Assembly: GCA_013001685.1 (NCBI GenBank)
Contig: JABDMD010000005.1
Span: 9,772 to 73,771 of the forward strand
Length of the DNA stretch: 64,000 nucleotides
Direction: 5' to 3'
Source of the DNA: Gammaproteobacteria bacterium
Lineage (GTDB): Bacteria > Pseudomonadota > Gammaproteobacteria > UBA4575
The translations under genes and the position numbers were made by a program. The notes below the pieces were generated by a model. It was not told the DNA's origin. It worked only from the letters and a program-made list of their open reading frames with translations, and ran no database searches. This document shows positions 30,511 through 41,261 of the stretch, piece by piece. Position 1 is the stretch's first letter. The number at the start of each line of letters is the position of its first letter.

Positions 30511-32079
30511 ATGGCAAAATATGATTTAGATGATGATGGAGTAGTCGTAATAGTAGGTTCAGGTGCTGGCGGCGGAACACTTGCAAATGAATTGTGCCAA
30601 AAAGGTATTCAAGTTGTGTTACTCGAAGCCGGTGGACATGAATCTAACGATAGTTTTGTGAACAATGAATGGGGTTCGTTTGGACAAATTTCATGGCTGG
30701 ATTCACGCAGCTCTTCCGGTAGTTGGCGCGTTGGCAAAGACTTTAATGGTTTACCCGCTTGGATTTGCAAAACCGTGGGCGGTTCAACCACGCACTGGGC
30801 AGGCGCAAGTTTACGCATACAAGATCATGAGTTCAGAGTAAAAACAGAATATGGAGACATAGAAGGTGCAAACCTTTTAGATTGGCCAATCACCCTCAAA
30901 GATCTTGAACCTTATTACGACAAAGCTGAAGACAAGATGGGTGTTACCCGCACTAATGGTATTCCTGGCTTACCTGGCAATAACAATTTTAAAGTCATGC
31001 ATGCAGGGGCTACAAAACTTGGCTATAAAAATTGTCATATCGGTCGCATGGCAATCAACAGTAAACCGCGCGATGGCCGCGCACACTGTTTGCAACTTGG
31101 TTTTTGTTTTCAGGGCTGTAAGTCCGGTGCGAAATGGTCCACTTTAGTTGCGGAAATTCCAAAAGCAGAAGCAACGGGTAAGCTAGATCTTCGTCCTAAG
31201 TCACATGTTCTGAAAATTGAACAAGATAAAACCGGAAAAGTGAGTGGTGTTATTTACGCTGATTCAGATGGTAATCAACATATGCAAAAAGCACGTGCAG
31301 TTTGTGTGGCAGGTAATTCAATTGAATCACCTCGACTACTATTAAATTCAGAAAACAACCAAAGCCCAAATGGATTAGCCAACTCATCAGGCCAAGTTGG
31401 TAAAAACTATATGCGTCATATGACCGGTTCGGTTTATGCAGCATTCGAAAAGCCGGTACACATGTGGCGTGGCACTACTATGGCCGGCATCATTACAGAT
31501 GAATCTGGTAATGATACTAAGCGTGGATTTGTTGGTGGTTATGAAATGGAAACCCTAGCATTAGGCTTGCCGTTTATGGCGGCCTTCTTAGACCCTGGCG
31601 CATGGGGTCATGACTTCACAAGAAAAATGGATGAATACAGTCACATGGCAGGTATGTGGCTTGTGGGAGAAGATATGCCTCAGGAATCTAATGCGGTGTC
31701 TTTACATGCTGAGAATAAAGATCAACATGGAATGCCAACACCTAATGTGCACTTTGATGATCATCCAAACGACATCGCGATGCGCGAACATGCATATAAG
31801 CAAGGTTCTGCAGTTTATGACGCTGCAGGAGCTAAAGAAAATTATTTAGTGCCTCCGTATCCATCTACTCATAATCTTGGCACTTGTCGCATGAGTGCAA
31901 ACGCAAAAGATGGTGTGTGCAATGCACACGGTCAAACTCACGATATCTCAAATTTGTTTATATCTGATGGCAGTCAGTTCACAACGGGAGCAGCAGAAAA
32001 CCCAACCTTAACCATTGTAACTCTTGCCATTCGACAAGCGGATTACATTGCAAAACAGATGAGCGAAAAAGCGATCTAG
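30511..32079 (+). CDS. GMC family FAD-dependent oxidoreductase (flavoprotein dehydrogenase subunit)
   Basis: N-terminal VVIVGSGAGGG FAD-binding motif and a GMC C-terminal domain. Confidence 0.85.
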   Translation: MAKYDLDDDGVVVIVGSGAGGGTLANELCQKGIQVVLLEAGGHESNDSFVNNEWGSFGQISWLDSRSSSGSWRVGKDFNGLPAWICKTVGGSTTHWAGASLRIQDHEFRVKTEYGDIEGANLLDWPITLKDLEPYYDKAEDKMGVTRTNGIPGLPGNNNFKVMHAGATKLGYKNCHIGRMAINSKPRDGRAHCLQLGFCFQGCKSGAKWSTLVAEIPKAEATGKLDLRPKSHVLKIEQDKTGKVSGVIYADSDGNQHMQKARAVCVAGNSIESPRLLLNSENNQSPNGLANSSGQVGKNYMRHMTGSVYAAFEKPVHMWRGTTMAGIITDESGNDTKRGFVGGYEMETLALGLPFMAAFLDPGAWGHDFTRKMDEYSHMAGMWLVGEDMPQESNAVSLHAENKDQHGMPTPNVHFDDHPNDIAMREHAYKQGSAVYDAAGAKENYLVPPYPSTHNLGTCRMSANAKDGVCNAHGQTHDISNLFISDGSQFTTGAAENPTLTIVTLAIRQADYIAKQMSEKAI

Positions 32080-32102
32080 CTTGCTAAGTCAGGCAAAAAA
32101 TT

Positions 32103-32135
32103 AAAAAGCCTCCTATTTCGGAGGCTTTTTGTTGT
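32103..32135. terminator. Bidirectional Rho-independent terminator between convergent genes
   Basis: aaaagcctcc-tatttc-ggaggctttt stem-loop flanked by A and T runs. Confidence 0.6.
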
Positions 32136-32138
32136 TTA

Positions 32139-32564
32139 TTAAAATTGCTTTGCTAAGTCGTTAAGTACTGCAGCGTAAATAGGGTTACAGAAATCTGTTG
32201 TTTCTTCATTATTCAATGCTGATTCCCAAGAAGATGCCCATTTAATAAATGTTTTATTTTCACTAGTAACCGGTATTAAATAAACATCCGATCTGTAGTT
32301 CTTCACATCATTCTTTGACACCGGCGATGGACCATCATCAATTGAATATTGAAAGTGATGCTCTGACGAATCTAAACCGGTTAACGTTTCATGAAAAACA
32401 TCATTGAGTATACGTTTTGCACCAATTTCAGTACCTTTTTTATCTCCAACTATTTCACATTTAGTGATTACATTAGGCGCCCAAGAAAAATCATGAAAAT
32501 CTTTCATTTTTGCCCATACTTCATCAATTGGTGCATTGATAACAATTGAATTAAAACATGCCAT
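32139..32564 (-). CDS. SRPBCC (START/Bet v1-like, polyketide-cyclase-like) family protein
   Basis: 141-aa ORF with a plausible start. Family assignment is by recall of the sequence only. Confidence 0.6.
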   Translation of the reverse strand: MACFNSIVINAPIDEVWAKMKDFHDFSWAPNVITKCEIVGDKKGTEIGAKRILNDVFHETLTGLDSSEHHFQYSIDDGPSPVSKNDVKNYRSDVYLIPVTSENKTFIKWASSWESALNNEETTDFCNPIYAAVLNDLAKQF

Positions 32565-32580
32565 AAGATTCTCCTTATAT

Positions 32581-33174
32581 TTATTTAGCTATTAGTGACT
32601 CTATGATCACATCTACAATTTGATTTATTTGTTTTCTACTCATACCCGCCTTCACCATAGATTTTATTCCGCCCATATTTCCAACAAGATACTGAGCCAA
32701 CACTTTTGCATTTTTTGATTTGGATATATCTTTTTCATTTTGTGCACGTTTGACTGCTTTTAAAAATATTCTCTCGAACCTACCAATGCTCTGCTTCACG
32801 ATAATTGCAATTTCACTATTTTTTTGACCAAACTCATTTGCAGTGTTAATTACTAAACAGCCTTTTTTTTCATTCTCTTTTTTAGCTTCATCAGCAATGT
32901 CTGAAAAAGCTTGTTTAATAAAAACGATCCCTGACTTCGAGTTACTTAGATCTTTTTCTAGTTTTGCAACCATTTGTTCTTGGTAATGCTTTAAACATTG
33001 GTGGAACAACTTCTCTTTACTTGAAAAAGTTTGATAAAAACTGCTTTTTGAAAGTCCCATGCTTTTCAATAAGTTTTGTAAAGATGTAGCTTCATATCCA
33101 CTATGCCAAAACTCATGCATAGCAGCTTCTAGTGCAAAGCCAAAATCAAATTCGATGGGTCTACCTGGAGACAT
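32581..33174 (-). CDS. TetR/AcrR family transcriptional regulator
   Basis: N-terminal HTH ([26 protein letters not shown]). Confidence 0.85.
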
Positions 33175-33196
33175 GTTAGAAATCCTTCTTATGCCT

Positions 33197-33220
33197 ATTA
33201 TGGACCGCTAGGTCCATAAT
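33197..33220. promoter_or_regulatory. Perfect palindrome ATTATGGACC-GCTA-GGTCCATAAT, candidate TetR operator
   Basis: 10-bp inverted-repeat arms with a 4-bp spacer, 23 bp upstream of the TetR start codon. Confidence 0.5.
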
Positions 33221-33771
33221 ACAAGAATGGATTCAATGAGACTTAGCTCGTGTTTTAGTTGAAAAAGCATCAAACATCTGCGATGACTTTACTTTTTTGA
33301 ATATGCTTGGTGAGCGCCCTTTAATACACTTTGCTATTTAAGCGTATTTATTCCTCATAATAGAATTTTGGATATTGTGTTTAAAGGTAAATCCAACAAT
33401 CGTAAAAAGCATTTTGATTAGTTTTACAAATGAAGAGGATAAATTTAATCGTTATCAGTGAGTCTGATTTCAGTTTTTTTAATATTATTTATGGTAGACA
33501 TTCAAAATAATTATAAATAGACCTCTTTTTATCATGCATAATAAACTTGTGTTATCAGCCTATGATCAACTTAAATAATACTTATAAAAATCGTAGCACT
33601 TATAAGAATAATTAACGAAGTTCATAAATAATTTTGGCAGTTTAAATAAAATAGAATTGTCGATAAATTAGTGATGCAGCAAAAGCTTCATTATTAGTTA
33701 CCCATAAAATATTAGTGTAACTTTTAATGTATGTATTTTAATGAGGATACTTAACTGGAGGTAGAGTATCT

Positions 33772-34311
33772 ATGAAAACTAATTACTATCTTTCGCCCAC
33801 TTTAAAAAGTACTCAGCAAATATCAAACGACTTACATGAAGTAGGCATTAATGATTGGTTTATACACGTCGTTAGTAAAGATGAATCCGGTCTTAATAAA
33901 GAGCACGTGCATTCCAGTAATTACTTAGAAACATTAGATGTAGTGCGCGATGGAGGCATAGGTGCATTAATTGGTTTCATAATCGGTGTATTTGCTGCAG
34001 GCGCATTAATGTATTTCAAGCCCTTCGGACCAAACATGCCTGAATATGTTTACCTCATAGTGCTTGCTTTATTTACTTTATTTGGAATATGGGAAGGTGG
34101 GCTTGCAGGTGTTGCTTGTGAAAATAGAAAACTCGCTAAATTTCACGACGACTTAGAAGAAGGTAAATACTTAATTCTTATATATGTTTGGAAAAAGCAG
34201 GAACAAGCAGTAAAAGAGGTAATGGCTAAAAAGCACCCTGAAGCAGAACTTGTTGCTACCGATATTCAATACTTCAATCCATTCTGTCCACTAAAAAGGA
34301 TAGAAAATTAA
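33772..34311 (+). CDS. Hypothetical membrane protein (179 aa)
   Basis: ORF with two predicted TM segments. No family recognised. Confidence 0.45.
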   Translation: MKTNYYLSPTLKSTQQISNDLHEVGINDWFIHVVSKDESGLNKEHVHSSNYLETLDVVRDGGIGALIGFIIGVFAAGALMYFKPFGPNMPEYVYLIVLALFTLFGIWEGGLAGVACENRKLAKFHDDLEEGKYLILIYVWKKQEQAVKEVMAKKHPEAELVATDIQYFNPFCPLKRIEN

Positions 34312-34352
34312 TTTGCTACAGAACTTATAACAATAACAATAAAGATTAAACA

Positions 34353-35252
34353 ATGAGTGTAACGATAACAGCAACCCGCAGCCTAGCAGCTGATCTTGTT
34401 GAAATCTGCAAGCCTCGCATAGCATTACTTGTTCTAGTAACCACATTCGCCGGGATGTGGCTAGCAGCCAGTACAACATTAGAATTTGATCTCATTCTGT
34501 TCACTCTATTAGGTACTGGCCTTGCTTCGGCTGCAAGTGGTGCATTCAACAATTATGTTGACCGTGAAGTAGATAAGCTCATGGCGCGCACGAGAATGCG
34601 CGCACTACCCTCTGCTCGACTACATCCTCAGCAAGCACTATGGCTTGGTGTGATGTTAAGTTTATGGTCATTCGCGATACTTTTTTATTTGGTTAATCCA
34701 TTAACTGCAATCCTTGTTCAGGCTACAACTTTTTCCTATGTAGTTATTTACACCATTTGGTTAAAACGCAGTTCTTCTTTATGCACTGAAATTGGCGGCA
34801 TAGCAGGCGCAATGCCGCCCGTTATTGGTTGGGCTGCTGTGACAAATGAAATTGGTTGGCCCGCACTAATGATGTTTTTAATTATGTTTATCTGGCAACC
34901 CCCGCATTTTTGGGCACTAGCTTTATTACGTAAAGACGAATATCGCCAAGCAAAGTTACCCATGTTACCCGTCACACATGGCGACAAAGCAACTAAAACC
35001 CGCATGTTGCTTTATACCGTCGCTTTAATACCAACTAGTTTAGCAATGTATTGGCTACAACTAGTAGGCCCCACTTATTTAGTTTTAGCTTCGATTCTTG
35101 GTATTACTTATTTAGTGTTAACTATAGATTTTGCACGCAAGCCGATCACGCAAAAAAGCTCAAAAAAACTATTCGGCTTTTCAATTTTATATTTACTAGG
35201 TTTGTTTACTTTGATTTTTATTGACTGTCAGTGTGGGACTGCTGTCTCATGA
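34353..35252 (+). CDS. cyoE: Heme O synthase (protoheme IX farnesyltransferase), copy 1
   Basis: UbiA-family motifs (NNYVDREVDKLMARTRMRALP). Confidence 0.9.
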   Translation: MSVTITATRSLAADLVEICKPRIALLVLVTTFAGMWLAASTTLEFDLILFTLLGTGLASAASGAFNNYVDREVDKLMARTRMRALPSARLHPQQALWLGVMLSLWSFAILFYLVNPLTAILVQATTFSYVVIYTIWLKRSSSLCTEIGGIAGAMPPVIGWAAVTNEIGWPALMMFLIMFIWQPPHFWALALLRKDEYRQAKLPMLPVTHGDKATKTRMLLYTVALIPTSLAMYWLQLVGPTYLVLASILGITYLVLTIDFARKPITQKSSKKLFGFSILYLLGLFTLIFIDCQCGTAVS

Positions 35253-35280
35253 AGTCATCTTATAAATTGGGAGTATAAGT

Positions 35281-36633
35281 ATGGCAATTGCCATTGTAAT
35301 TATTCTTTTAGTCATCGGATCTGTAATTTTCCATTTTATGAGTCCGTGGTATTTCACTGAACTTGCCTCTAACTGGGGGGACATGGATAACACAGTGACG
35401 ATCACCTTTATAGTTTGTGGGCTTGTTTTTGTCTTGGCTAATCTTTTTATGGCCTATTGCATTATTAAGTTCCGTAATAAAGACAAAGATCAGCGTGCAG
35501 CCTATGAACCAGAAAATAAAAAACTTGAGATTTGGCTGACAATCATCACTTCCGTTGGTGTTGTCGCTATGCTTGCACCGGGTTTAGTCGTTTGGGCTAA
35601 GTTCGTATCGCCGCCTGAAGATGCCAATATTGTTGAAGCGGTAGGACAACAATGGCAGTGGAGCTTCCGCTTGCCAGGTAAAGACGGTCGGCTTGGCACA
35701 GTCGATTCTAGAAAAATCAGTATCGATAATCCATTCGGCATGAATGCCGACGATCCTTACGGCCAAGATGATGTATTAATTACAACTAATGAATTGCATA
35801 TACCCCTTAATCAGCCGGTTAAATTCAACCTGCGTTCTAAAGATGTGTTGCACAATTTCACCGTACCGCAATTCCGTGTGAAGATGGACTTAGTTCCGGG
35901 AATGATCACCTGGCAATGGCTAACTCCAACTCGAATAGGTACTTATGAAATTCTCTGCGAAGAACTATGTGGTATTGGTCACCACACCATGCGCGGCAAA
36001 GTGGTGGTTGAAGAAGAAGAACAATACCAAGCATGGTTAGCGGAACAAAAAACTTATGCTCAACATGCTGCTGCACCGCAAGGCGATGCGCACGCAGGTA
36101 AAGCGCTCTACCAAGTTTGCGCTTCTTGTCATGGTTTAGAGGGTGAAGGCAACCCAGCACTTAATTCACCGAAAATAAGTGGTCAAGAATCTTGGTATGT
36201 AAAACGCCAGCTTGAGTATTTTAAACATGGTATACGCGGTACAAACCCAGAAGATACTTATGGCGCACAAATGGCACCGATGGCTGCAACACTAATAGAT
36301 GAATCTGCAATAAATAATGTTTCTGCTTATATCGCATCACTTCCAGATAAGCCTGCCGCACAAACTATCAAGGGCGATATCGACAACGGTAAAGATCTCT
36401 ATGAAACCTGTAGCAAGTGTCATGGTAGACAAGCAGAAGGGAAATGGTCTGTTAATGCACCACGCATTGCAGGTATGAGTGATTGGTATTTACTTACTCA
36501 ACTTAAGAATTTTAAACATGGTTTGCGTGGAGCACATCCTGGAGATGTAACCGGCAGACAAATGGAATCAATGGTATTAAGTTTAAATGAAGAAAAAATG
36601 CAAGACATTATCGCTTACATTAATTCTTTATAG
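35281..36633 (+). CDS. coxB: Cytochrome c oxidase subunit II with a C-terminal di-heme cytochrome c fusion
   Basis: CuA motif H..CEELCGIGHHTM plus two CxxCH motifs (CASCHG, CSKCHG). Confidence 0.85.
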   Translation: MAIAIVIILLVIGSVIFHFMSPWYFTELASNWGDMDNTVTITFIVCGLVFVLANLFMAYCIIKFRNKDKDQRAAYEPENKKLEIWLTIITSVGVVAMLAPGLVVWAKFVSPPEDANIVEAVGQQWQWSFRLPGKDGRLGTVDSRKISIDNPFGMNADDPYGQDDVLITTNELHIPLNQPVKFNLRSKDVLHNFTVPQFRVKMDLVPGMITWQWLTPTRIGTYEILCEELCGIGHHTMRGKVVVEEEEQYQAWLAEQKTYAQHAAAPQGDAHAGKALYQVCASCHGLEGEGNPALNSPKISGQESWYVKRQLEYFKHGIRGTNPEDTYGAQMAPMAATLIDESAINNVSAYIASLPDKPAAQTIKGDIDNGKDLYETCSKCHGRQAEGKWSVNAPRIAGMSDWYLLTQLKNFKHGLRGAHPGDVTGRQMESMVLSLNEEKMQDIIAYINSL

Positions 36634-36681
36634 ATTTTATTTTTAGTTAACAGCAATAGAACTTAGTAACGAGGTAACGAT

Positions 36682-38430
36682 ATGGCACACGTTGCATTAG
36701 CCGACAAAGGGCAAGATCTTGCTCACCCAAAGACTTGGATAGGCGCTTATGTCTGGAGCCAAGATCATAAAGTAATTGGTATTCAATACATTATTGTCGC
36801 AACCGCAGTGGGATTAGTGGCATTAGCTTTATCAGCGATGATGCGCTTACAACTCGGCTTCCCAGGCATTTTTGATTTAATTCAACCAAATGAATATTAC
36901 TCAGCGGTAACCATGCACGGTATGATCATGGTGGTGTTTATGCTTACAGCATTTTTCCTCGGTGGTTTTGGCAATCTTCTAATTCCCCTGATGTGTGGCG
37001 CTAGAGATATGGCCTTTCCGTATATGAACATGCTCAGCTTTTGGGTGTATCTAGCGTCTGTACTTGTTTTATGTTCAAGTTTCTTTGTGCCAGGTGGCGC
37101 CACAGGCGCAGGTTGGACTTTGTATCCGCCACAAGCCATCACTGAAGGTTCGGCAGGTTCTGGAATGGGTATAATTTTAATGCTCGTCTCATTAGCATTA
37201 TTTATTGTCGCGTTCACAATGGGTGGTCTTAATTACGTCACCACAGCCTTTCAAGCACGCACGCGCGGCATGACCCTCATGCGTATGCCATTATCGGTGT
37301 GGGGCATTATAATGGCAACTATCTTAGGTTTGCTCGCTTTCCCTGCCTTATTAGTTGCGGCCATCATGATGCTATTAGATGCTACGTTGGGCACAAGCTT
37401 CTTTATGCCGGCCATATCAGATTTGGGAGAAGTAAGTAGCACATCAGGCGGCACACCTATTTTATTCCAACACCTGTTTTGGTTCTTCGGTCACCCAGAA
37501 GTTTATATCGTAGCGCTACCCATGTTTGGTATCGCATCAGACTTAATCAGCACACATGCGAGAAAAAATATTTTTGGTTACCGCATGATGGTATGGGCCT
37601 TAATTGCGATTGGCGGATTAAGCTTTATCGTTTGGGCACACCATATGTATGTAAGTGGCATGAATCCTTACTTTGGATTTTTCTTCGCTACCACGACATT
37701 GATTATTGCCGTACCGACAGCGATTAAAGTCTATAACTGGGTACTAACACTTTGGCATGGCAACATTCACTTAAATGTACCGATGCTGTTTGCGATTGGA
37801 TTTATCTTTACCTTTATACATGGCGGTATAACAGGACTATTCTTAGGCAATGTCGCAGTAGATGTGCCGCTTTCCGATACATACTTTGTTATTGGGCACT
37901 TCCATATGGTGATGGGTGTTTCACCTTTCTTAATCGTATTCGGCGGAATGTACCATTGGTATCCGAAGTTTACCGGTCGCATGCTAAATGACACCATGGG
38001 TAAAATTCATTTTTGGGTTACCTTCCTTGGAACATATGCCATTTACTTGCCGATGCACTACATTGGCATACTGGGTGTGCCACGCCGTTATTTTGCTTAT
38101 GGAACTACTTTGTCATTCCCAGATTCGGTACAGGTTATTAACGCAAGTATTACTATTGCGGCATTAATCGTGGGAACCGCGCAACTACTGTTCATCTTTA
38201 ACATCATATGGAGCTTGTTTAATGGCAAGAAAGCCGATAGCAACCCATGGCGCGCAACCACTTTAGAATGGCAAACACCAGATACACCCCCTAAACATGG
38301 TAACTGGGGGCCAGAACTTCCTGTCGTCTATCGTTGGGCCTACTCCTACAGTGTTCCTGGTGCTGATGAAGATTTTATTCCTCAGAATGAAGTGCCAAGT
38401 GAAAACTCTAAACACGAAGTAGAGACCTAG
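36682..38430 (+). CDS. coxA: Cytochrome c oxidase subunit I
   Basis: 582 aa, 12-TM heme-copper oxidase with His ligands (WFFGHPEVY, HHMYV). Confidence 0.9.
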   Translation: MAHVALADKGQDLAHPKTWIGAYVWSQDHKVIGIQYIIVATAVGLVALALSAMMRLQLGFPGIFDLIQPNEYYSAVTMHGMIMVVFMLTAFFLGGFGNLLIPLMCGARDMAFPYMNMLSFWVYLASVLVLCSSFFVPGGATGAGWTLYPPQAITEGSAGSGMGIILMLVSLALFIVAFTMGGLNYVTTAFQARTRGMTLMRMPLSVWGIIMATILGLLAFPALLVAAIMMLLDATLGTSFFMPAISDLGEVSSTSGGTPILFQHLFWFFGHPEVYIVALPMFGIASDLISTHARKNIFGYRMMVWALIAIGGLSFIVWAHHMYVSGMNPYFGFFFATTTLIIAVPTAIKVYNWVLTLWHGNIHLNVPMLFAIGFIFTFIHGGITGLFLGNVAVDVPLSDTYFVIGHFHMVMGVSPFLIVFGGMYHWYPKFTGRMLNDTMGKIHFWVTFLGTYAIYLPMHYIGILGVPRRYFAYGTTLSFPDSVQVINASITIAALIVGTAQLLFIFNIIWSLFNGKKADSNPWRATTLEWQTPDTPPKHGNWGPELPVVYRWAYSYSVPGADEDFIPQNEVPSENSKHEVET

Positions 38431-38432
38431 TC

Positions 38433-39098
38433 ATGGCTTCAACCCTTATCGTTCTAGCCATAATTATGGGTGCGGTCGTATTTTGGCTCGTACGTCAAAC
38501 CTTAAACGTTCAGCCCTGGGCTGAAGAGGGCCTTGTAGGCCAGCATCACGCGGGGGGGCCATTTTCAATTTCATCTGCAAAAATTGGTCTGATAGTTTTT
38601 CTAGCAGTTGCCAGTTCATTATTTTCGCTTTTCGTCAGCGCCTACTTTCAACGAATGGATTTTGGAGATTGGACTGTTGCCCCAGAACCAGTTGTGTTGT
38701 GGCTGAATACCGTGCTATTAATTTTTAGCAGTATCTTTTTTCAACGTGCAAGAAATGCTGCAATAAAAAATCGAGCGGGCGGTGTTAAATCAAACTTGAT
38801 GATTGCCGGGCTGTTTACTTTTGCATTTATTGGCGGACAACTTTGGGCGTGGCAAGTATTGCATAATAATGGTTATATACTCTCAAGCAATCCTGCCAAT
38901 GCATTTTTCTATTTACTCACAGCAGCTCATGCGCTACATATTTTAGGTGGGCTCTGGGTATGGAGTAAAACTGTATTTAAATTACAAAATAAAGTTGAAG
39001 TATACAAAGTATGCACTGCAGTCGAACTATGCGCAATTTATTGGCACTTTTTATTATTAGTTTGGTTAGTGTTATTTGCATTGCTACTCTCGACTTAA
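38433..39098 (+). CDS. Heme-copper oxidase subunit III family protein (first of two)
   Basis: 7-TM protein ending ...YWHFLLLVWLVLF. Confidence 0.65.
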   Translation: MASTLIVLAIIMGAVVFWLVRQTLNVQPWAEEGLVGQHHAGGPFSISSAKIGLIVFLAVASSLFSLFVSAYFQRMDFGDWTVAPEPVVLWLNTVLLIFSSIFFQRARNAAIKNRAGGVKSNLMIAGLFTFAFIGGQLWAWQVLHNNGYILSSNPANAFFYLLTAAHALHILGGLWVWSKTVFKLQNKVEVYKVCTAVELCAIYWHFLLLVWLVLFALLLST

Positions 39099-39142
39099 AT
39101 TGATCTAGAAATATTTTATCTATTACGAAGGAATAAAATCAC

Positions 39143-39820
39143 ATGTCAGAAAGTTCAGGACAAGTTGCTAAGGGCGGTGTAGTAACTGAATTAGTAACCG
39201 ACTGGGGAGAAGATAAAGAAGTATTTAAGGTGCATTGGGGTAAGGCCATGATGTGGATCTTCCTCTTAAGTGACACCTTTATCTTTACTTCATTCCTCAC
39301 TGGCTATATGAAGGTGCGCACCAGTTCAACCATACCTTGGCCAAATGCGAGCGAGATTTTTGCATTGAGTTTTGGCGGTGAACCGATTCCTTTAATTCTT
39401 ATTGCGATCATGACATTTGTATTGATCACCAGCAGCGGCACTATGGCGCTGGCAGTGAACTATGGTTATCGACGTGATCGTGGCAAAACGGCCCTTCTGC
39501 TATTTATCACAGCAGCATTTGGTTTGTTATTCGTCGGCATGCAAGCTTTTGAGTGGACCAAGCTTATAGTTGAAGAAGGCGTACGTCCCTGGGGTAATCC
39601 CTTTGGCGCACCACAATTTGGTGCCTGCTTTTTTATGATTACCGGCTTTCATGGTGGGCACGTGTCAGGGGGGGTAATTTATTTAACCTACGTTGCCATC
39701 GGAGTGCTCAATGGGCGTTATGAGAAAAAAGGCTACGACATTGTAGAAATTTGTGGTCTTTATTGGCACTTTGTAGATTTAGTTTGGGTATTTATTTTTG
39801 CATTCTTTTATCTTTGGTGA
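39143..39820 (+). CDS. coxC: Cytochrome c oxidase subunit III
   Basis: FFMITGFHGGHV and YWHFVDLVWVFIF motifs. Confidence 0.8.
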   Translation: MSESSGQVAKGGVVTELVTDWGEDKEVFKVHWGKAMMWIFLLSDTFIFTSFLTGYMKVRTSSTIPWPNASEIFALSFGGEPIPLILIAIMTFVLITSSGTMALAVNYGYRRDRGKTALLLFITAAFGLLFVGMQAFEWTKLIVEEGVRPWGNPFGAPQFGACFFMITGFHGGHVSGGVIYLTYVAIGVLNGRYEKKGYDIVEICGLYWHFVDLVWVFIFAFFYLW

Positions 39821-39829
39821 GGTATAACC

Positions 39830-40195
39830 ATGTCAGCGTCAGATACAGGACATCAAGAACATCCGCTTAGCATTTATCTTTGGATTTGGATATTGTTGTT
39901 TGTACTTAGTACATTTTCATATCTGGTAGATTATTATCAGCTTCAAGGTGCGCTTAGATGGAATCTAATAATCATCTTTATGATGTTAAAAGCAGGTTTC
40001 ATTGTCGCTATATTTATGCACATGACATGGGAACGCATTGCATTGATTAGTGCAATACTGGTGCCTCCTTTGTGCTTATTGGTCCTTATTATCTTGATGT
40101 CAATTGAGGGTAAGTACACAAAATTTCAAAGAGCCACATACTTTGGTCTTGAAGAAGCTCCTGTAGTGGAACACCATGGGAAAAAAGCACATTAA
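39830..40195 (+). CDS. Prokaryotic cytochrome c oxidase subunit IV family protein
   Basis: 121 aa, 3-TM small subunit immediately after subunit III. Confidence 0.6.
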   Translation: MSASDTGHQEHPLSIYLWIWILLFVLSTFSYLVDYYQLQGALRWNLIIIFMMLKAGFIVAIFMHMTWERIALISAILVPPLCLLVLIILMSIEGKYTKFQRATYFGLEEAPVVEHHGKKAH

Positions 40196-40348
40196 GCTAT
40201 TACTGGAATAACCTTCTTCACCATTCATTTTAAAAATATTTTTCTTTGCTGTAGTAAGTCCTCACTCGTTTTTACATTACTTATAACAGGCCTAGCCCTA
40301 TTCAGTGCGGAAGTTCATGCACATGGCGGCGTATTTCTTGAAGAAGAT

Positions 40349-40858
40349 GTGTGCATAATTGAAGTCGGCTTTTTTAAAGCACATTTCACTATCTATCAAC
40401 CGCAAATCAGCAAACACAAAGAATTTTGTGAAGATATTCCTGTAACTGGTGAAAGTGTGTTTGTCATGGAATATCTACATGATGGTTTGCGTGACATGCT
40501 AGTAGACTTCCGAATAATAAAAGATGCACAAAAACTTGGCCGCTTTGCGAAGCTTGAAGATATAGAAAAAATAAATGACATACAGCAGCAAACAGTCTTT
40601 TACCAACCCCCCTCTTACAATCTTGATGGCGTGTATTTAGCGCAATACGATTTCACTGATGAGGAATATTATATTGGCATTGTCACCGCTAAAATTCCTG
40701 ATCAAGAAAAAACATATACTGCAGTATTCCCTTTTCAAGTAGGTGGTAGCAAATGGGGGTATATACCTGCGATAATAGGCTTAGCAGTATTTTTACAACT
40801 AAATTATTGGTTAATGAGTGGTGGTTTTACTCGTTTACGGAAATTTTTTAAATCATGA
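40349..40858 (+). CDS. Hypothetical exported protein with a C-terminal membrane anchor. The start is probably upstream.
   Basis: GTG at 40349. The in-frame upstream region 40196-40348 encodes a signal-peptide-like SSLVFTLLITGLALFSAEVHA but has no canonical start codon. Confidence 0.45.
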   Translation: MCIIEVGFFKAHFTIYQPQISKHKEFCEDIPVTGESVFVMEYLHDGLRDMLVDFRIIKDAQKLGRFAKLEDIEKINDIQQQTVFYQPPSYNLDGVYLAQYDFTDEEYYIGIVTAKIPDQEKTYTAVFPFQVGGSKWGYIPAIIGLAVFLQLNYWLMSGGFTRLRKFFKS

Positions 40859-41253
40859 AACGCTTAATACTTATTTTTATAACTTCAACTCTATGTAATT
40901 CTGCATTTTCTGAAACAGACCTTAGATCAAATAAATTATCAGATAATGGGCACTTCCAAGTTAGCTATATGAGCAAGCTGGAGCCTATTGAAATTAATAA
41001 CTTACATGCCTGGAAAATATTTATTAAAGATAAAGATGGTAAAGCTTTGTCAAACGCAGAAGTTAGCGTGATTGGAGGCATGCCAGAACATAATCATGGG
41101 CTTCCTACACAACCGCAGATAACAAAAAATTTTGGCGATGGTTGTTACTTACTTGAAGGCATGAAGTTTCACATGCTTGGATGGTGGACAATAACTATTT
41201 CTATCACAAATGAAAATATAAGCGATGCTGTCACTTTTAACCTTAAGTTATAA
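40855..41253 (+). CDS. Periplasmic YtkA/FixH-like protein (possible Cu/heme assembly factor)
   Basis: Signal peptide. HAWKIFIKDKDGKAL...GGMPEHNHG resembles the YtkA-like Ig-fold metallochaperone domain. Confidence 0.4.
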   Translation: MKRLILIFITSTLCNSAFSETDLRSNKLSDNGHFQVSYMSKLEPIEINNLHAWKIFIKDKDGKALSNAEVSVIGGMPEHNHGLPTQPQITKNFGDGCYLLEGMKFHMLGWWTITISITNENISDAVTFNLKL

Positions 41254-41261
41254 AACAGCTA

